Part shown: piece after piece, positions 1 to 10,037 of the stretch | Layout of the letters: every line of letters begins with the position of its first letter | Numbering within the stretch: the first letter of the stretch is position 1 | Origin: an uncultured Verrucomicrobiae bacterium | GTDB lineage: Bacteria > Verrucomicrobiota > Verrucomicrobiia > Limisphaerales > Palsa-1400 | DNA: 64,000 nucleotides | Direction of reading: 5' to 3' | Assembly: GCA_963707025.1 (NCBI GenBank) | Contig: CAVPOM010000015.1 | Span: 128,001 to 192,000 of the forward strand | Notes under the pieces: model-generated | Database searches by the model: none | Told to the model about the DNA's origin: nothing | Seen by the model: the letters and a program-made list of their open reading frames with translations, nothing else | Made by a program: the position numbers and the translations under genes

Positions 1-63
1 AACGGCGCGCCCAAGGCGCCAGACCGGACTTTTCATCCGGTCCGTCCCATCTGTCTGACTCGG

Positions 64-89
64 CCGCCGCCGCATTCCCGTGGCGGCGG
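64..89 (-). terminator. GC hairpin immediately downstream of hupE/ureJ
   Basis: ccgccgcc-N10-ggcggcgg inverted repeat next to the stop codon; no strong U-tract. Confidence 0.35.
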
Positions 90-90
90 T

Positions 91-690
91 TTAGCTCAGG
101 GCCGCCAAAAGGCAGACGGCGCACAAGGCGATGGTGGCGCCGATAAAACGGACCGCCCGCTGCTGGTTCCGCAAATAAAATCCCGCGGCCACGCCCATGC
201 CGTGCAACAACAGAGTCGCGGCCATGAACCCAAGGCTGAAGGAAAGGGCGCCGACCGACAGCGGCATTTCGTGGCCGTGGGCGTAGCCGTGAAACAAGGC
301 GAAAAGCCCGGCCAGGAACATGCCCCAGCTTGGTTGCAAGCGCGTGGCGGTGGCGAGCAGCGCGCCCAAGACCAGCACGGACAGGGCGATGCCCAGTTCC
401 ACGCCCAACTGCCCGCCGGGCAGCGTGGCGCCGGTCAATCCCAGGAGGCCGCCCAAGCCCATCACGCCAACGAACGTCAGCGGGATCATCCAGACGGCGC
501 GTCCGCGATGTTGCGCGGCCCAAAGCCCGACGGCGAACATGGCCAGCAGATGATCCAGCCCGCTGAACGGATGGGCGAAGCCCTCCCGCCAGCCGTGGGC
601 AGTTCCCGGGACAATGTGGGCCGAAGCCAGGCCGGGCATGAGGAGAACGCCAGCCAGAGCCAGCACCGGTATTGAGAAAAATCTTTTCAT
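91..690 (-). CDS. HupE/UreJ family Ni/Co transporter or accessory membrane protein
   Basis: Signal peptide ending ASAH, GFAHPFSGLDHLLAM and FALFHGYAHGHE motifs, multiple TM segments. Confidence 0.93.
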   Translation of the reverse strand: MKRFFSIPVLALAGVLLMPGLASAHIVPGTAHGWREGFAHPFSGLDHLLAMFAVGLWAAQHRGRAVWMIPLTFVGVMGLGGLLGLTGATLPGGQLGVELGIALSVLVLGALLATATRLQPSWGMFLAGLFALFHGYAHGHEMPLSVGALSFSLGFMAATLLLHGMGVAAGFYLRNQQRAVRFIGATIALCAVCLLAALS

Positions 691-731
691 AAGTCAGTGG
701 AATAAAAAGTTGCCGTCAATTTCACGTTATC

Positions 732-760
732 AGATTAACAAAACCATTCCCGCAAGTCAA
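732..760 (-). promoter_or_regulatory. sigma70-type promoter for hupE/ureJ
   Basis: TTGACT-N17-TAATCT on the minus strand. Confidence 0.55.
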
Positions 761-784
761 CGATTTGCCTTGGCCATTTATTGG

Positions 785-1246
785 TTATTTCACCCGCTTT
801 CTTGCGACCGGGCGCGCGCGCTTCTTCTGATAAATGCCGGGATAATGGAGGGTCATGAATTTATCAGGGTCGGGCAGCGGCTGGAACCCAAATTGGGCAT
901 ACAGCCCGTGCGCGTCGCGGGTGGCCAGCATGAGGCGTCTCACCCCCTGCAAATCGGGGTGGGCGAGAATGGCCCGCACCATCCTCTTGCCCAGGCCGCG
1001 CCCGCGGTGCCTTGGCGCCACAAAAACATCCGCCAGGTAAGCAAAGGTCGCCCGGTCGGTGATGACCCTCGCGAAGGCCACCTGCCGCCCGCGGCAAAAC
1101 GCCCCGAAGCACCGGGAATGCCTCATGGAACGCTCCACCACCTTTCGCGGAATGTTCGCGGCCCAGTAAGAGCGGCGCAAAAAACCGTGGATGAAGCTGA
1201 GGTCGAACCGCCGCGGGTTGGTGGATATCTCATACGACGAATTCAT
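785..1246 (-). CDS. GNAT family N-acetyltransferase
   Basis: FARVITDRATFAYLADVFV, HRGRGLGK acetyl-CoA motif, LATRDAHGLYAQFGF. Confidence 0.92.
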   Translation of the reverse strand: MNSSYEISTNPRRFDLSFIHGFLRRSYWAANIPRKVVERSMRHSRCFGAFCRGRQVAFARVITDRATFAYLADVFVAPRHRGRGLGKRMVRAILAHPDLQGVRRLMLATRDAHGLYAQFGFQPLPDPDKFMTLHYPGIYQKKRARPVARKRVK

Positions 1247-1257
1247 AGCGCCAGACC

Positions 1258-2432
1258 TCAGAGCAATTCGAGGGTTCTGCGCAATTCCGCATCGGTGTTG
1301 TAAAAATGCGCCGAAATGCGCAAATACTGCCGCCCGGCGCGATCGCCCCGCAAGGACATCTCAATGCCCGCCTCACGCAGTTTCTGGAACAAGCCGGCCA
1401 AGTCCGCCGGCTCGGGCCGGCCCGGTAAAAGGAGATGATCCCGCTGGCGTTGAGCGGCGGAGCGTCGCCTTGCAGCACGGTCCAGCCCTTTTGCTGGAGG
1501 GCGGGAACGAGCCAGGCGCGCTTGCGCAACAACTCGGCGGCGATGTTTTCCACCCCCACCTCCAGCAACAATTCCAAGGCCGCCTGCAGGCCCACCAGCC
1601 CCAGCCAGTTGGCGGTGCCAGCCTCGTAACGCCGGGCGTCGGGCGGAAAAACCATTTTCTCCTGGGCCACAAACCCGGCCGAGCGGACATTATGCCAGCC
1701 GTAAATCGTGGGAAGCAGGGTTTGCTGCAATGATTTGCGCACATAAAAAAGCCCCGCGCCGCAGGGACTGAGCAGCCATTTTTGCGCCCCCGCCGCCAGG
1801 AAATCGAAATGCCTGGCCGCAATGGGGAAAGCGCCCAGGGTCTGGATTGCGTCCACCCCGAAAAGGATATTGCGCGCGCGCAGGCCCCGGCTGATGGTTT
1901 CCAGGTCGGGGCGGAATCCGGCCAGGAAATGGTTGCTGGCCAGGGCCACCAGGCGGGTTTGTTCGTCCACCTGGCCCATGACATCCACCGGCCGGATTTT
2001 CCCCAATTCGCGGACATTGAGCAGGCGCACCTGCACGCCCTTGGCCGCCAGCGCCATCCAGGGATAGACATTGGAGGGATAGTCGTCGAAATAGATCAGG
2101 ATATTGTCGCCCTTGCGCAGAGGCAGCCCGGCGGCGGCCACGCTCAAGGCTAGGGAAGTCGGCCCCACGAACGCGATCTCCTCCTCTTGCGCCCCGATCA
2201 GGCGCGCGGCCAGTTGACGGGTCAGCCGGAGGCGCGATTCCGGCACCGGCGCATCCTGGGAGCCCTGGGAGCATTGCAGGGCGTACTCGCGCACCGCCTC
2301 GGCGACCCGGCGCGGGAGGGGGCTGGCCGCGGAATGGGCCAGGAAAATCTTCGCGCGCGCCACTGGAAACTCGTGCCGGCGCAATTCTTCGTTGGAGTGC
2401 AGTTCGTCAATGGTCATGCGATGGCGGGTCAT
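1258..2432 (-). CDS. Class V PLP-dependent aminotransferase (cysteine desulfurase-like fold); apparent frameshift near 1410
   Basis: VDAIQTLG, AAGAQKWLL (PLP Lys), RYEAGT. The typical C-terminus (LRISAHFYNTDAELRRTLELL*) lies in another frame ending at TGA 1258-1260. Confidence 0.85.
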
Positions 2433-2437
2433 CTGTG

Positions 2438-3457
2438 CTATTTAAAACCTTTCAAAGCCGCATCCAAGTCGCTCCCTGGACCGTAGATTTTGTACCAAGA
2501 AGAAATAATCTGCCAGGCGATGAGCAACAGCACGATGTAATACACCAACTTGGGCGACCATTCGGCAACGGCGCGCATTTTGCGGCTGCCCTCCTCCTGG
2601 TAATGCCGGTGCAGCCGTCCCAGCGTCTCGTCGAGCGACCCGCTGATTTCGCCCGTGGCGTAAAGGCTGGCGAACATCTCGGGAAACTCCGGCGATGCCT
2701 TGATCAATTCGGCTGGCGTGGCCCCGGATTCGACGGCCTCCTTCCAGCCGCGCACGGCCCGGCCCAACGCGGGGGAACCGCTGGCCGCCACCGCCAGGTC
2801 CCAGGCACTGGTGATGAGGACTCCCGCATTGAGCAGCGCCTCCAACGCCGCCGCCAGCCGCGCCAGCGCCAGGCAGCGCCGCGCCGTGCCCAGCACGGGA
2901 ATGGGGCGGAGAGTGTTTTCCACCACCGTGCGCCATTTTTCCCCGTGCCGTCCCTGGCCGGCAAAAATGAGGAAGGCGGCGGCGGCATAAATGGGAACCA
3001 GGATCCCCAGGACCAGAAACGAAAACCGCATCAAACCATGTCCGTGCTGGATAAAATCAATAAAAGCAAAAACGAGAACCGCGAAATGAAACAGAAAAGC
3101 CGGATACATCAAATCCGAAATCACCTTGCGCGCCATTTGCGACCGTTCCTCGTAATAAATGGCGAGCAATTTGAAGCAGGCGTCCAAACGGCCGCTCCGC
3201 TCCCCCGCATTGACCAAGGCGGCATCGAAGGCCGGCATCCAGCCGCCCATGCGCGCCACCGCGTCGCCCACGGTTGCCCCCTGGCGCAAATGCTCCTGCA
3301 ATTGGGCAATGGGCGCGCGCAGGGCGCGAGAGGGGGGATTGCTCTGAAGCTGTTCGAGCGCCTTGGGGGCGGTCAAGCCGGCCGAGAGCAGGACGCCGAG
3401 AGTATGATACAATTCGGCGCGGTGCTTCAGTTGCCCAGGCGTAATAATCAATGGCAT
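2438..3457 (-). CDS. Type II secretion system F / PilC family inner-membrane platform protein
   Basis: Two T2SSF repeats (LVNAGERSGRLD...YYE; LYATGEISGSLDETL); start taken at MPLIITPG. Confidence 0.88.
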   Translation of the reverse strand: MPLIITPGQLKHRAELYHTLGVLLSAGLTAPKALEQLQSNPPSRALRAPIAQLQEHLRQGATVGDAVARMGGWMPAFDAALVNAGERSGRLDACFKLLAIYYEERSQMARKVISDLMYPAFLFHFAVLVFAFIDFIQHGHGLMRFSFLVLGILVPIYAAAAFLIFAGQGRHGEKWRTVVENTLRPIPVLGTARRCLALARLAAALEALLNAGVLITSAWDLAVAASGSPALGRAVRGWKEAVESGATPAELIKASPEFPEMFASLYATGEISGSLDETLGRLHRHYQEEGSRKMRAVAEWSPKLVYYIVLLLIAWQIISSWYKIYGPGSDLDAALKGFK

Positions 3458-3573
3458 GAAGAGCGGTTTCCGATCTGCGACCGATGGCGGCGGCCAACTG
3501 ACTGAGCCTCTGACATGCCGCCAGCGAGCGGGACTGGCGATTGGCGCCCGGCCACCGGCCCATTGCCTCTCCC

Positions 3574-3906
3574 TCACCCGATCAGCTTGTCAAACTGCGC
3601 CTTCATATCGCGCTTGGAAACCATGCCGACAATCTGTCCGGCCACCTCGCCGTTTTTGAACAGAAGAAAAGTGGGGATGGCACGCACGCCGAAATCAGCG
3701 GCCAGTTGTTGATCTTCATCAATGTTGACCTTGCCAATGCGAACGCGGTTGTCGTACTCGCCGGCCAGTTCGTCGAGGACGGGGGCGACCTGCTTGCATG
3801 GCCCGCACCATTCGGCCCAGAAATCCACCACCACCGGCACCGGCGACTTGAGCACTTCCTGCTCAAAATTTGCCTTGTTGAGTTTGACGATATTAAGGGC
3901 AGTCAT
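3574..3906 (-). CDS. trxA: Thioredoxin
   Basis: [22 protein letters not shown]. Confidence 0.97.
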   Translation of the reverse strand: MTALNIVKLNKANFEQEVLKSPVPVVVDFWAEWCGPCKQVAPVLDELAGEYDNRVRIGKVNIDEDQQLAADFGVRAIPTFLLFKNGEVAGQIVGMVSKRDMKAQFDKLIG

Positions 3907-3916
3907 AATTCAAAGG

Positions 3917-4369
3917 TCAATTGCGGGTAAGCCCATCAATGCCGCCCAGAACCAGAAACAAGCAGGAGCCAACGGCGGCCAGCGCCGCCACCATCGCGAC
4001 AATGGCCAGAACCTTGTCCAGCGTGCCAATGCCGGCGACCGGCGCCACATAAGCAGCCGGACGCGGAGCGGGCACCGGCGGAGCCGGTTGCCGGGCCGTC
4101 CCCGCCGCGCCCGCGCGGGAAGCCGGCGGGGCCGAAGGCGCTGCCGCCCGTGGAGCGGCCGGTGCGGCCGGCGCGGCGACGGGCGCGGCCGTCCCGGGCG
4201 AACTGGGCGGCCCGCCTTGAGCCAGCGACGGCAACTTGATCGTCGGGGCCGAAGTCGGCTTGGGAGGCAAATTGATGCGGACGGTTTCCTTCTTGGGCTG
4301 AACCTTGGAGGCTTCAGCCGGTTTGGGCGGCATCGCGCCACCAGGCAGATTTGGAATATTCTCTGACAT
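3917..4369 (-). CDS. Pro/Ala-rich hypothetical protein with C-terminal TM anchor
   Basis: ATG preceded by AAAGGAAAC; KKETVRINLPPKP motif, long Pro/Ala linker, hydrophobic C-terminus; upstream promoter. Confidence 0.7.
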   Translation of the reverse strand: MSENIPNLPGGAMPPKPAEASKVQPKKETVRINLPPKPTSAPTIKLPSLAQGGPPSSPGTAAPVAAPAAPAAPRAAAPSAPPASRAGAAGTARQPAPPVPAPRPAAYVAPVAGIGTLDKVLAIVAMVAALAAVGSCLFLVLGGIDGLTRN

Positions 4370-4388
4370 AGTTTCCTTTTGTGCCAAT

Positions 4389-4417
4389 AAGCTAGAGTTG
4401 CCGCCGCCCGGTGTCAA
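4389..4417 (-). promoter_or_regulatory. sigma70-type promoter for the hypothetical gene and trxA
   Basis: TTGACA-N17-TAGCTT. Confidence 0.6.
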
Positions 4418-4486
4418 ATCCGAATTCCCCGCCATCCCCGGCCTGACCCGGCCGGCGTCCGCTTTTTCGGCCGGAAGACTGAGGAG

Positions 4487-4837
4487 TCAAGACCGTGGGC
4501 CAAACCCGCCGGACTCCCTGCCCTCACCGCGGGACTCCCGGGAAGGGCCGCGCGATTCTCTCCCGCCAGAGCCTGGGGGACGTTCCTCGCGCGGGCGGGC
4601 GATGTTGACCGTCAGCGCCCGCTCTTGCAGGGGTTTGCCGTGGAACAATTCGATGGCCTTGGCCGCCTCGGCCGCGGAAGCCATTTCCACGAAGGCAAAT
4701 CCGCGGGATTTGCCCGTGAATTTGTCCATCATCAGGTTGACGGAACTGACGGTGCCCGCCCCGGCGAAGCAATTCCGCAGATCCTCTTCGGTGGTGTTGT
4801 AAGAGAGGTTGCCGATGAATAATCTTGTGTCGCTCAT
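4487..4837 (-). CDS. RRM-domain RNA-binding protein
   Basis: RNP2 LFIGNL, RNP1 RGFAFVEM, Gly/Arg-rich tail. Confidence 0.95.
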   Translation of the reverse strand: MSDTRLFIGNLSYNTTEEDLRNCFAGAGTVSSVNLMMDKFTGKSRGFAFVEMASAAEAAKAIELFHGKPLQERALTVNIARPREERPPGSGGRESRGPSRESRGEGRESGGFGPRS

Positions 4838-5032
4838 GTGTGTATTAGCCGCTGAGAAGCCCGCAGACTACCGCGTTTGGCCCGAGGCGAAACATCCAAC
4901 GCGCCTTGATTTTTGGATTTAGGTCGTCAATTTACTTTTCAGTCTCTGTTTGTCTTTTCTGGCGCGATCTTGCGTTTTTAGCGGGCCTTCCGCCGGGAGT
5001 CAACACAATCCGGCGTTTTCCGCGCATTTTTT

Positions 5033-6013
5033 TTACTCCCCCGGGTAGTGCAACCCCCAGGGCGCCCGCACGGCGTCCAGCGTTTTCATTATGGCCAGGG
5101 TCTCATCCAGCGGCATGAGGGTGCTCTCCAGCCGCCCCTGCCTCAGGCAGTGGATGAATTCCGCCGCCTCGAATTGAAAGCCGTTCCCCGCGTAAGGCAT
5201 GTCGAAATGCTCCCTTTTGCCCCAGGCCCGCCTCAGCGTCATCCGGCTTGGTTTCCACCAGGGGCTCTGGAGCTGGATGGACCCGCTTTGGCCAATAATC
5301 TCCGCCTCGCCAGGGGTGTCGGCCCGCAAACCGGCAAAAAGGGTGGCGACGGCGCCGCTTTGGTAATGGAAAATCATGGCCGCCTGATAATCCACACCCG
5401 AAGGCCCCATCTCCGCCGCGCTACAGATTTGGGCCGGCGACCCCAGGATCATGGAGGCGAGGGAAACCGGATAAATCCCCACATCCAGCAACGCGCCGCC
5501 GCCCAGGGCGCGGTTGAAAAGCCGCCCTTCCGGGGAAAACTGGCTCCGAAAGCTAAAATGAGCCGCGACCAGCCGCACCCCGCCCACGGCCCCATCAGCC
5601 AGCAATTGGCGCAACCGCGCCATCACGGGGAAGGCCCGGGTCCACATCCCCTCCATCACCAGTAATTTCCTGGCGCGCGCGCAGCGGATGACCTGCTCCG
5701 CCTGGCTGGCATTGATGGCAAAGGGCTTCTCGCACAGCACCGCCTTTCCCGCCTCCAGGCAGAGGAGCGAAATCTCCGCGTGAAAAGGATGAGGCACGGC
5801 CACATACACCGCCTCCACCGCCCGGTCCTCCGCCAGCGCGGCGTAACTGCCGTGGCGGTGCGGCGCCCCCCAGCGCGCGCCGAAACTTTCCGCCGCCGCC
5901 TTGGAGCGCGAGCCGACCGCCACCAGCCGGGCCTCCGGCATCGCCGTCAAGTCCTGCGCAAATTTATTGGCGATATGGCCGGTGCCGATAATCCCCCAGC
6001 TCACAGGTTGCAT
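5033..6013 (-). CDS. Gfo/Idh/MocA family oxidoreductase
   Basis: WGIIGTGHIA Rossmann motif, VLCEKP, GGGALLDVGIY. Confidence 0.93.
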   Translation of the reverse strand: MQPVSWGIIGTGHIANKFAQDLTAMPEARLVAVGSRSKAAAESFGARWGAPHRHGSYAALAEDRAVEAVYVAVPHPFHAEISLLCLEAGKAVLCEKPFAINASQAEQVIRCARARKLLVMEGMWTRAFPVMARLRQLLADGAVGGVRLVAAHFSFRSQFSPEGRLFNRALGGGALLDVGIYPVSLASMILGSPAQICSAAEMGPSGVDYQAAMIFHYQSGAVATLFAGLRADTPGEAEIIGQSGSIQLQSPWWKPSRMTLRRAWGKREHFDMPYAGNGFQFEAAEFIHCLRQGRLESTLMPLDETLAIMKTLDAVRAPWGLHYPGE

Positions 6014-6076
6014 TTGGATTAGTGATGTATGATGTTGCGCGTTCTGGCGTTTCGGCAGGCCTTGGGAATGTCCAGC

Positions 6077-7528
6077 TTAACTTCGGCTTCGTTTTTGCGC
6101 TTTGCTCTTGTGAACCTTATAGTGAGGCCCTGTTTCGTGTAATTGGAGGGGTTTAGTTGCCCCAAGCCATTGCGCCCATTGCTCAATAAGGCTGTCCAAT
6201 TCAGCATGACAAGGCTCCTGGGCAAAAAACGTGAAGTCGTTGATGATGTGGTGTCGGCTGACCTTCTTCGGAGGTTGTTTTTCGATTTGGTCTGGCCCAA
6301 AAAGCGTCAGATTGGCCTCCGCCTCCACTTCTGGCTCAGAAGATTCCTGCCTCGTCACAAAGTCACCCATCGGCTCAAGACCTTGGCCGAAGCGACGAAG
6401 GGTTGCGCTGATCGCCTCACGGCTGTTGTCCACCCCGATCCAGGAACGTCCCAGATGGGAAGCCGCGCCTAAGGTCGTGCCGGAACCGGAGAAGCAATCC
6501 AGGACCAGATCGCCAGCATTGCTGGAGGCCTCGATGATTCGCGCCAGCAAGTCCGGATTCTTCTCGGTGGGGTAGCCGGACACGGCGATGTTCTGATTGT
6601 GGGCGTCGCGAAAATCCAACCAGATGTCTTGCACAGGGATGCCGTCGCTTTGATCGAAGAAAATCTTTCGGCGGGGGTTGCCGCTGGGAGACCAATAGAT
6701 TTCGCCCCGCGCATCCATCTGGTCGAGCACCCGGGGCGGATATTGCCAGTGTTTGCCGGGAGGGGGCAGTTTGCCGCGCCACAACTGACCCGTTTCTCCA
6801 TTGCGCACACCCGGCGCATGCACGGGCACCTTCTTGTAGAGCCGGCCCGTCCCGTTCTCCAAATACTGGTATTCTTTGGCGGCTTTTTCTTCTGTCCATG
6901 GATCCACCGGGCGATGCCAGACGTAGTTTTGACCCCTGGTGTAGAACAAGATGAAGTCAGCGATGTTCCCATAAACTTTTCGCGTGTAGTTCTTTGGATT
7001 GCACTTCTTGCGCGTTATCCAATTGCGAAAATTGGTCCGTCCAAACACTTCGTCCATCAGCGCTTTGACCAGGAACGCCATATTGTCGTCCAAGTGAACA
7101 TAGATGGAACCGTCATCGGCCAGGATCTCCCGCAACAAGATCAGACGTTCGCGAAGAAATTCCAAATAGTGGGCGCCTTCCCTCAGGTCCGTGTAGGCAT
7201 CATTTTGGCTGCGCGATTGGAAAATGCTCTTGGTCGCATACGGTGGGTCAATATAAATGAGACGAACTTTTCCGCACACCGTGGGATTGCGCGCCAGCGC
7301 AGCCAAAATGCCGAGGTTGTCGCCGTAATATAGTCGGTTACATGCCGGCTGATCGTTGTCCTTTGGCCACAATCGGCGGCAAACCGCAGGGGGCGTTCTC
7401 AGAATCTCCTCACGGTTCTTCTTCCCTTCGTAAGCAAGATGGACATCCGTGTTGCTGGCATCGCTTCCGTTCCCAAGAGTAGTGTCTTGCGGGCTTTGCC
7501 ATTTTGTTCTGGGAATTCCAGTTGCCAT
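6077..7528 (-). CDS. Beta-class amino-DNA methyltransferase (M.EcaI/M.BstEII-like)
   Basis: Catalytic IDPPY precedes SAM motif DCFSGSGTT; YPTEKN; TRD segments (HAPGVRNGETG, PPPGKHWQY, WSPSGNPRRK) recalled as similar to M.EcaI; SD AAGGA before MATG. Confidence 0.9.
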   Translation of the reverse strand: MATGIPRTKWQSPQDTTLGNGSDASNTDVHLAYEGKKNREEILRTPPAVCRRLWPKDNDQPACNRLYYGDNLGILAALARNPTVCGKVRLIYIDPPYATKSIFQSRSQNDAYTDLREGAHYLEFLRERLILLREILADDGSIYVHLDDNMAFLVKALMDEVFGRTNFRNWITRKKCNPKNYTRKVYGNIADFILFYTRGQNYVWHRPVDPWTEEKAAKEYQYLENGTGRLYKKVPVHAPGVRNGETGQLWRGKLPPPGKHWQYPPRVLDQMDARGEIYWSPSGNPRRKIFFDQSDGIPVQDIWLDFRDAHNQNIAVSGYPTEKNPDLLARIIEASSNAGDLVLDCFSGSGTTLGAASHLGRSWIGVDNSREAISATLRRFGQGLEPMGDFVTRQESSEPEVEAEANLTLFGPDQIEKQPPKKVSRHHIINDFTFFAQEPCHAELDSLIEQWAQWLGATKPLQLHETGPHYKVHKSKAQKRSRS

Positions 7529-7538
7529 ATCGGTTTCC

Positions 7539-8429
7539 TTACGAAAGCAGCCACTCAAGCGTTATCCGTTCCGGCACCATCCGGAGGGTGGCGACCAGAA
7601 TCTTGCCGGGTCGGCTTCGCTCCAAACGGGCATAGTCATCCCACATGGAGCCGAGCAACAGACCGGGGCCGTCGTTAATGAAGATGACTTTTGGGCCAAG
7701 CCTGTGTTTTCGGGCATAGCTCAGAATCTCATCGGCACAGTTTTGGTAACCTCCGGTGCGGTCGTCTTCTTGAGACCCGCCCCGGTCGGAGTCATATCGG
7801 GCCAAGCCTATCGCGAGAAGCTCCCTTCCAGTGATGTCGTAAACCACAAAGTCAACCGGGCGGTCCGGTTTGGGATATTTCTCGAAAATATTTCCGAGCA
7901 GAATATCCTTGCCCGCTCGTTCCGGTCCCTGGATCACCAAATCAGGCAAAGTGGAGCGGAACAACGCAAAGAACCGTTCTGTAAGATCGTAGCCTTTCTT
8001 GCCACGGTCTTTATATTCCCACAAAACCGCGCACAATGCCTCGTCCGGCATCGGGCGCGACATGAACGCTGCATGGACCTTCTGAATTGGGCGGAAACCT
8101 TTCCCAAATTCCTCGCAGATGGTCGCCGCTTTGGATTTGTGTTTGAGCATTTCCACGGGCGTTTCGGGACTGACATATTTCCGAAAAACGCGCGCGAGTT
8201 GGACTCTCATAGCGCCGTCGGGCTCCCCGGCGATTTGCAGGAACAATCGGACCGACGACTCCGAGGACCGCAGAAGCTGGCCAAAGCGAACTAGTACCGG
8301 TTTGTAAAGCTCGCAAGCATCTTTGAGAATGTCAGGGTAATACTCGCCCGTGGCGAGAGTAAGCCAGTTCCTTGCATCCGCTTTGTAATCGGCGAAAGCC
8401 TTTGGTTTGTCTTTACGAGCTTGTTTCAA
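7539..8429 (-). CDS. Probable type II restriction endonuclease (BstEII/EcaI-like)
   Basis: Directly upstream of and co-oriented with the MTase; PD-(D/E)XK-like RPVDFVV...ARYDSDRGGSQEDDR; TTG start inferred after a TTGATT-N17-AATAAT promoter. Confidence 0.75.
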   Translation of the reverse strand: MKQARKDKPKAFADYKADARNWLTLATGEYYPDILKDACELYKPVLVRFGQLLRSSESSVRLFLQIAGEPDGAMRVQLARVFRKYVSPETPVEMLKHKSKAATICEEFGKGFRPIQKVHAAFMSRPMPDEALCAVLWEYKDRGKKGYDLTERFFALFRSTLPDLVIQGPERAGKDILLGNIFEKYPKPDRPVDFVVYDITGRELLAIGLARYDSDRGGSQEDDRTGGYQNCADEILSYARKHRLGPKVIFINDGPGLLLGSMWDDYARLERSRPGKILVATLRMVPERITLEWLLS

Positions 8430-8493
8430 GTTTTGTTTCCCATTATTCCAACATTGACGGCCCGAATCAACGCAATCCTCATGCCCCATTTGC

Positions 8494-8964
8494 TCACTGC
8501 CCCTGCTTCCCCGCCGCCCGCACCACGATTTCCTCCCCCGCCTTCCACGGGTGCTCGGTTTTGTCCACGATCAGCGTGCGCGGCAGCACCTCGATCTGGT
8601 GCCCGCAAAGCCGCAGCGTAATCGTCCCCGGCAAATAAAGCGCGTCCTGCAACAGCATTTCGCCAAAAGGCAGATTGGTCGTCGCTTCGCGGAATTTTAC
8701 CCGCTCGGCCAGATTCGCCCGCGCCACTTTGTCTTCCGGGAAACTCAATTTCTCCAAAATTTGCAGCGTCCGCTGGGAAATCTCCAACGACGGATGCCCG
8801 GCCGCGTCGGAAAAAAACGCAATCTCCCACGGCCCCTTGACCGCGCGCCGGTGCTCAATCAAGGAGAAAGCCGCGACGTAAAAAACCAGGGCCAGCCCGG
8901 CCGCCAGCGCCAGATGCCGGAACAGGCCGTCGTGGCGCGCGGGAATGGTGGGAGGCCCAGTCAA
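8494..8964 (-). CDS. Hypothetical membrane-anchored protein
   Basis: TTG start overlaps the M42 peptidase stop (TTGA); N-terminal TM followed by a soluble domain. Confidence 0.65.
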   Translation of the reverse strand: MTGPPTIPARHDGLFRHLALAAGLALVFYVAAFSLIEHRRAVKGPWEIAFFSDAAGHPSLEISQRTLQILEKLSFPEDKVARANLAERVKFREATTNLPFGEMLLQDALYLPGTITLRLCGHQIEVLPRTLIVDKTEHPWKAGEEIVVRAAGKQGQ

Positions 8965-10031
8965 ATTTTCACCTTGAACTGCTCCCCGGCCTTGAGGGAC
9001 AGGGCGAAGCCGCAGAGCAGCCGGGGAATCTGTTCCAGGTCGCGCAGACTGATCAGCTCGACCGGCGAATGCATGTAGCGGTCGGGCAGGCTGATCAGCC
9101 CGCTGGGAATGCCGCCCCGTGTCCAGAAAATCACGTCCGTGTCCGTCCCGCTGGTCGCCGAAGTGGCCTCGTGCTGCAGCTTGATTTTTTGGGCGCGCGC
9201 CACCGCTTCCAGGCGCGCCATCACTGCGGGGTGGTTGCAAACCCCGTGGGTCAGGGTCGGCCCGCCGCCCACTTTGACATCCCCGTGCTGCTGTTGGCTG
9301 ACGGTGGGATAATCGGTCGCGTGAGTCACATCCACCACCAGCGCCACATCCGGCTTGAGGGAGTAGGCAATCTGCCGCGCCCCCAGCAAACCGACTTCCT
9401 CCATGATATTGGAGACGGCCAGGATTTCGGCCTTCAGCTTCCGCCTGCCTTCCTGCGCCAGGCGCAAGGTCTCGGCCACGGCAAAGGTGCCGATGCGGTT
9501 GTCAAAGGCCCGGGCCACGGCCAGATCCCGGCGCAACAATTCAAAGGAGCCGGCCAGGGTGATGGGATCGCCCACCCGCACCAGCTTTTCCGCCTCCCCC
9601 CGGCTCCCCGCGCCGATGTCAATAAATAATTCATGGATTTTGGGCGGCTTCCCCTCCGGCTCCCCTTTGAGCAAATGCGGGGCGACATTGCCCACCACCC
9701 CCCGCACCGGCCCGCCCCGGGTGTGAATGACGACGCGCTGGGCCTTGGTGATGGCGGGATCCACCCCGCCGAGCTTGCGGACATAAACAAACCCCTCCGC
9801 ATTAATATAATTGACGGCCAGGGAAATCTCATCGGCGTGCGCCGCCAGCATGAGGCGGGGCGACCCGCCCTTGTTCAGCACCGCCACCGCGTTGCCATAA
9901 GCGTCGCTAAAAGTTTCATCGGCAAAAGGCTGCACATAATCGAGCCAGACCCGCTGGCCGCGCGCCTCATGGCCGGAGGGGCTGGGCGTGTTGACCAGTT
10001 TTTCCAGAAACTGAAGTGATTCAGATCGCAT
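8961..10031 (-). CDS. M42 family (TET-like) metallopeptidase
   Basis: SPSGHE, AAHADEI, AFDNRIG, EEVGLLGA, VDVTH, GTDTD, RYMHSPVE. Confidence 0.93.
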   Translation of the reverse strand: MRSESLQFLEKLVNTPSPSGHEARGQRVWLDYVQPFADETFSDAYGNAVAVLNKGGSPRLMLAAHADEISLAVNYINAEGFVYVRKLGGVDPAITKAQRVVIHTRGGPVRGVVGNVAPHLLKGEPEGKPPKIHELFIDIGAGSRGEAEKLVRVGDPITLAGSFELLRRDLAVARAFDNRIGTFAVAETLRLAQEGRRKLKAEILAVSNIMEEVGLLGARQIAYSLKPDVALVVDVTHATDYPTVSQQQHGDVKVGGGPTLTHGVCNHPAVMARLEAVARAQKIKLQHEATSATSGTDTDVIFWTRGGIPSGLISLPDRYMHSPVELISLRDLEQIPRLLCGFALSLKAGEQFKVKI

Positions 10032-10037
10032 GATTCC

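Noticed and set aside
691..784. Cobalamin or NiCo riboswitch upstream of hupE/ureJ
   Set aside because: Leader after the predicted promoter is only about 35 nt and has no recognisable riboswitch motifs
6019..6300. 93-aa ORF overlapping the MTase 3' end as a possible controller protein
   Set aside because: No HTH signature; overlaps the MTase in another frame
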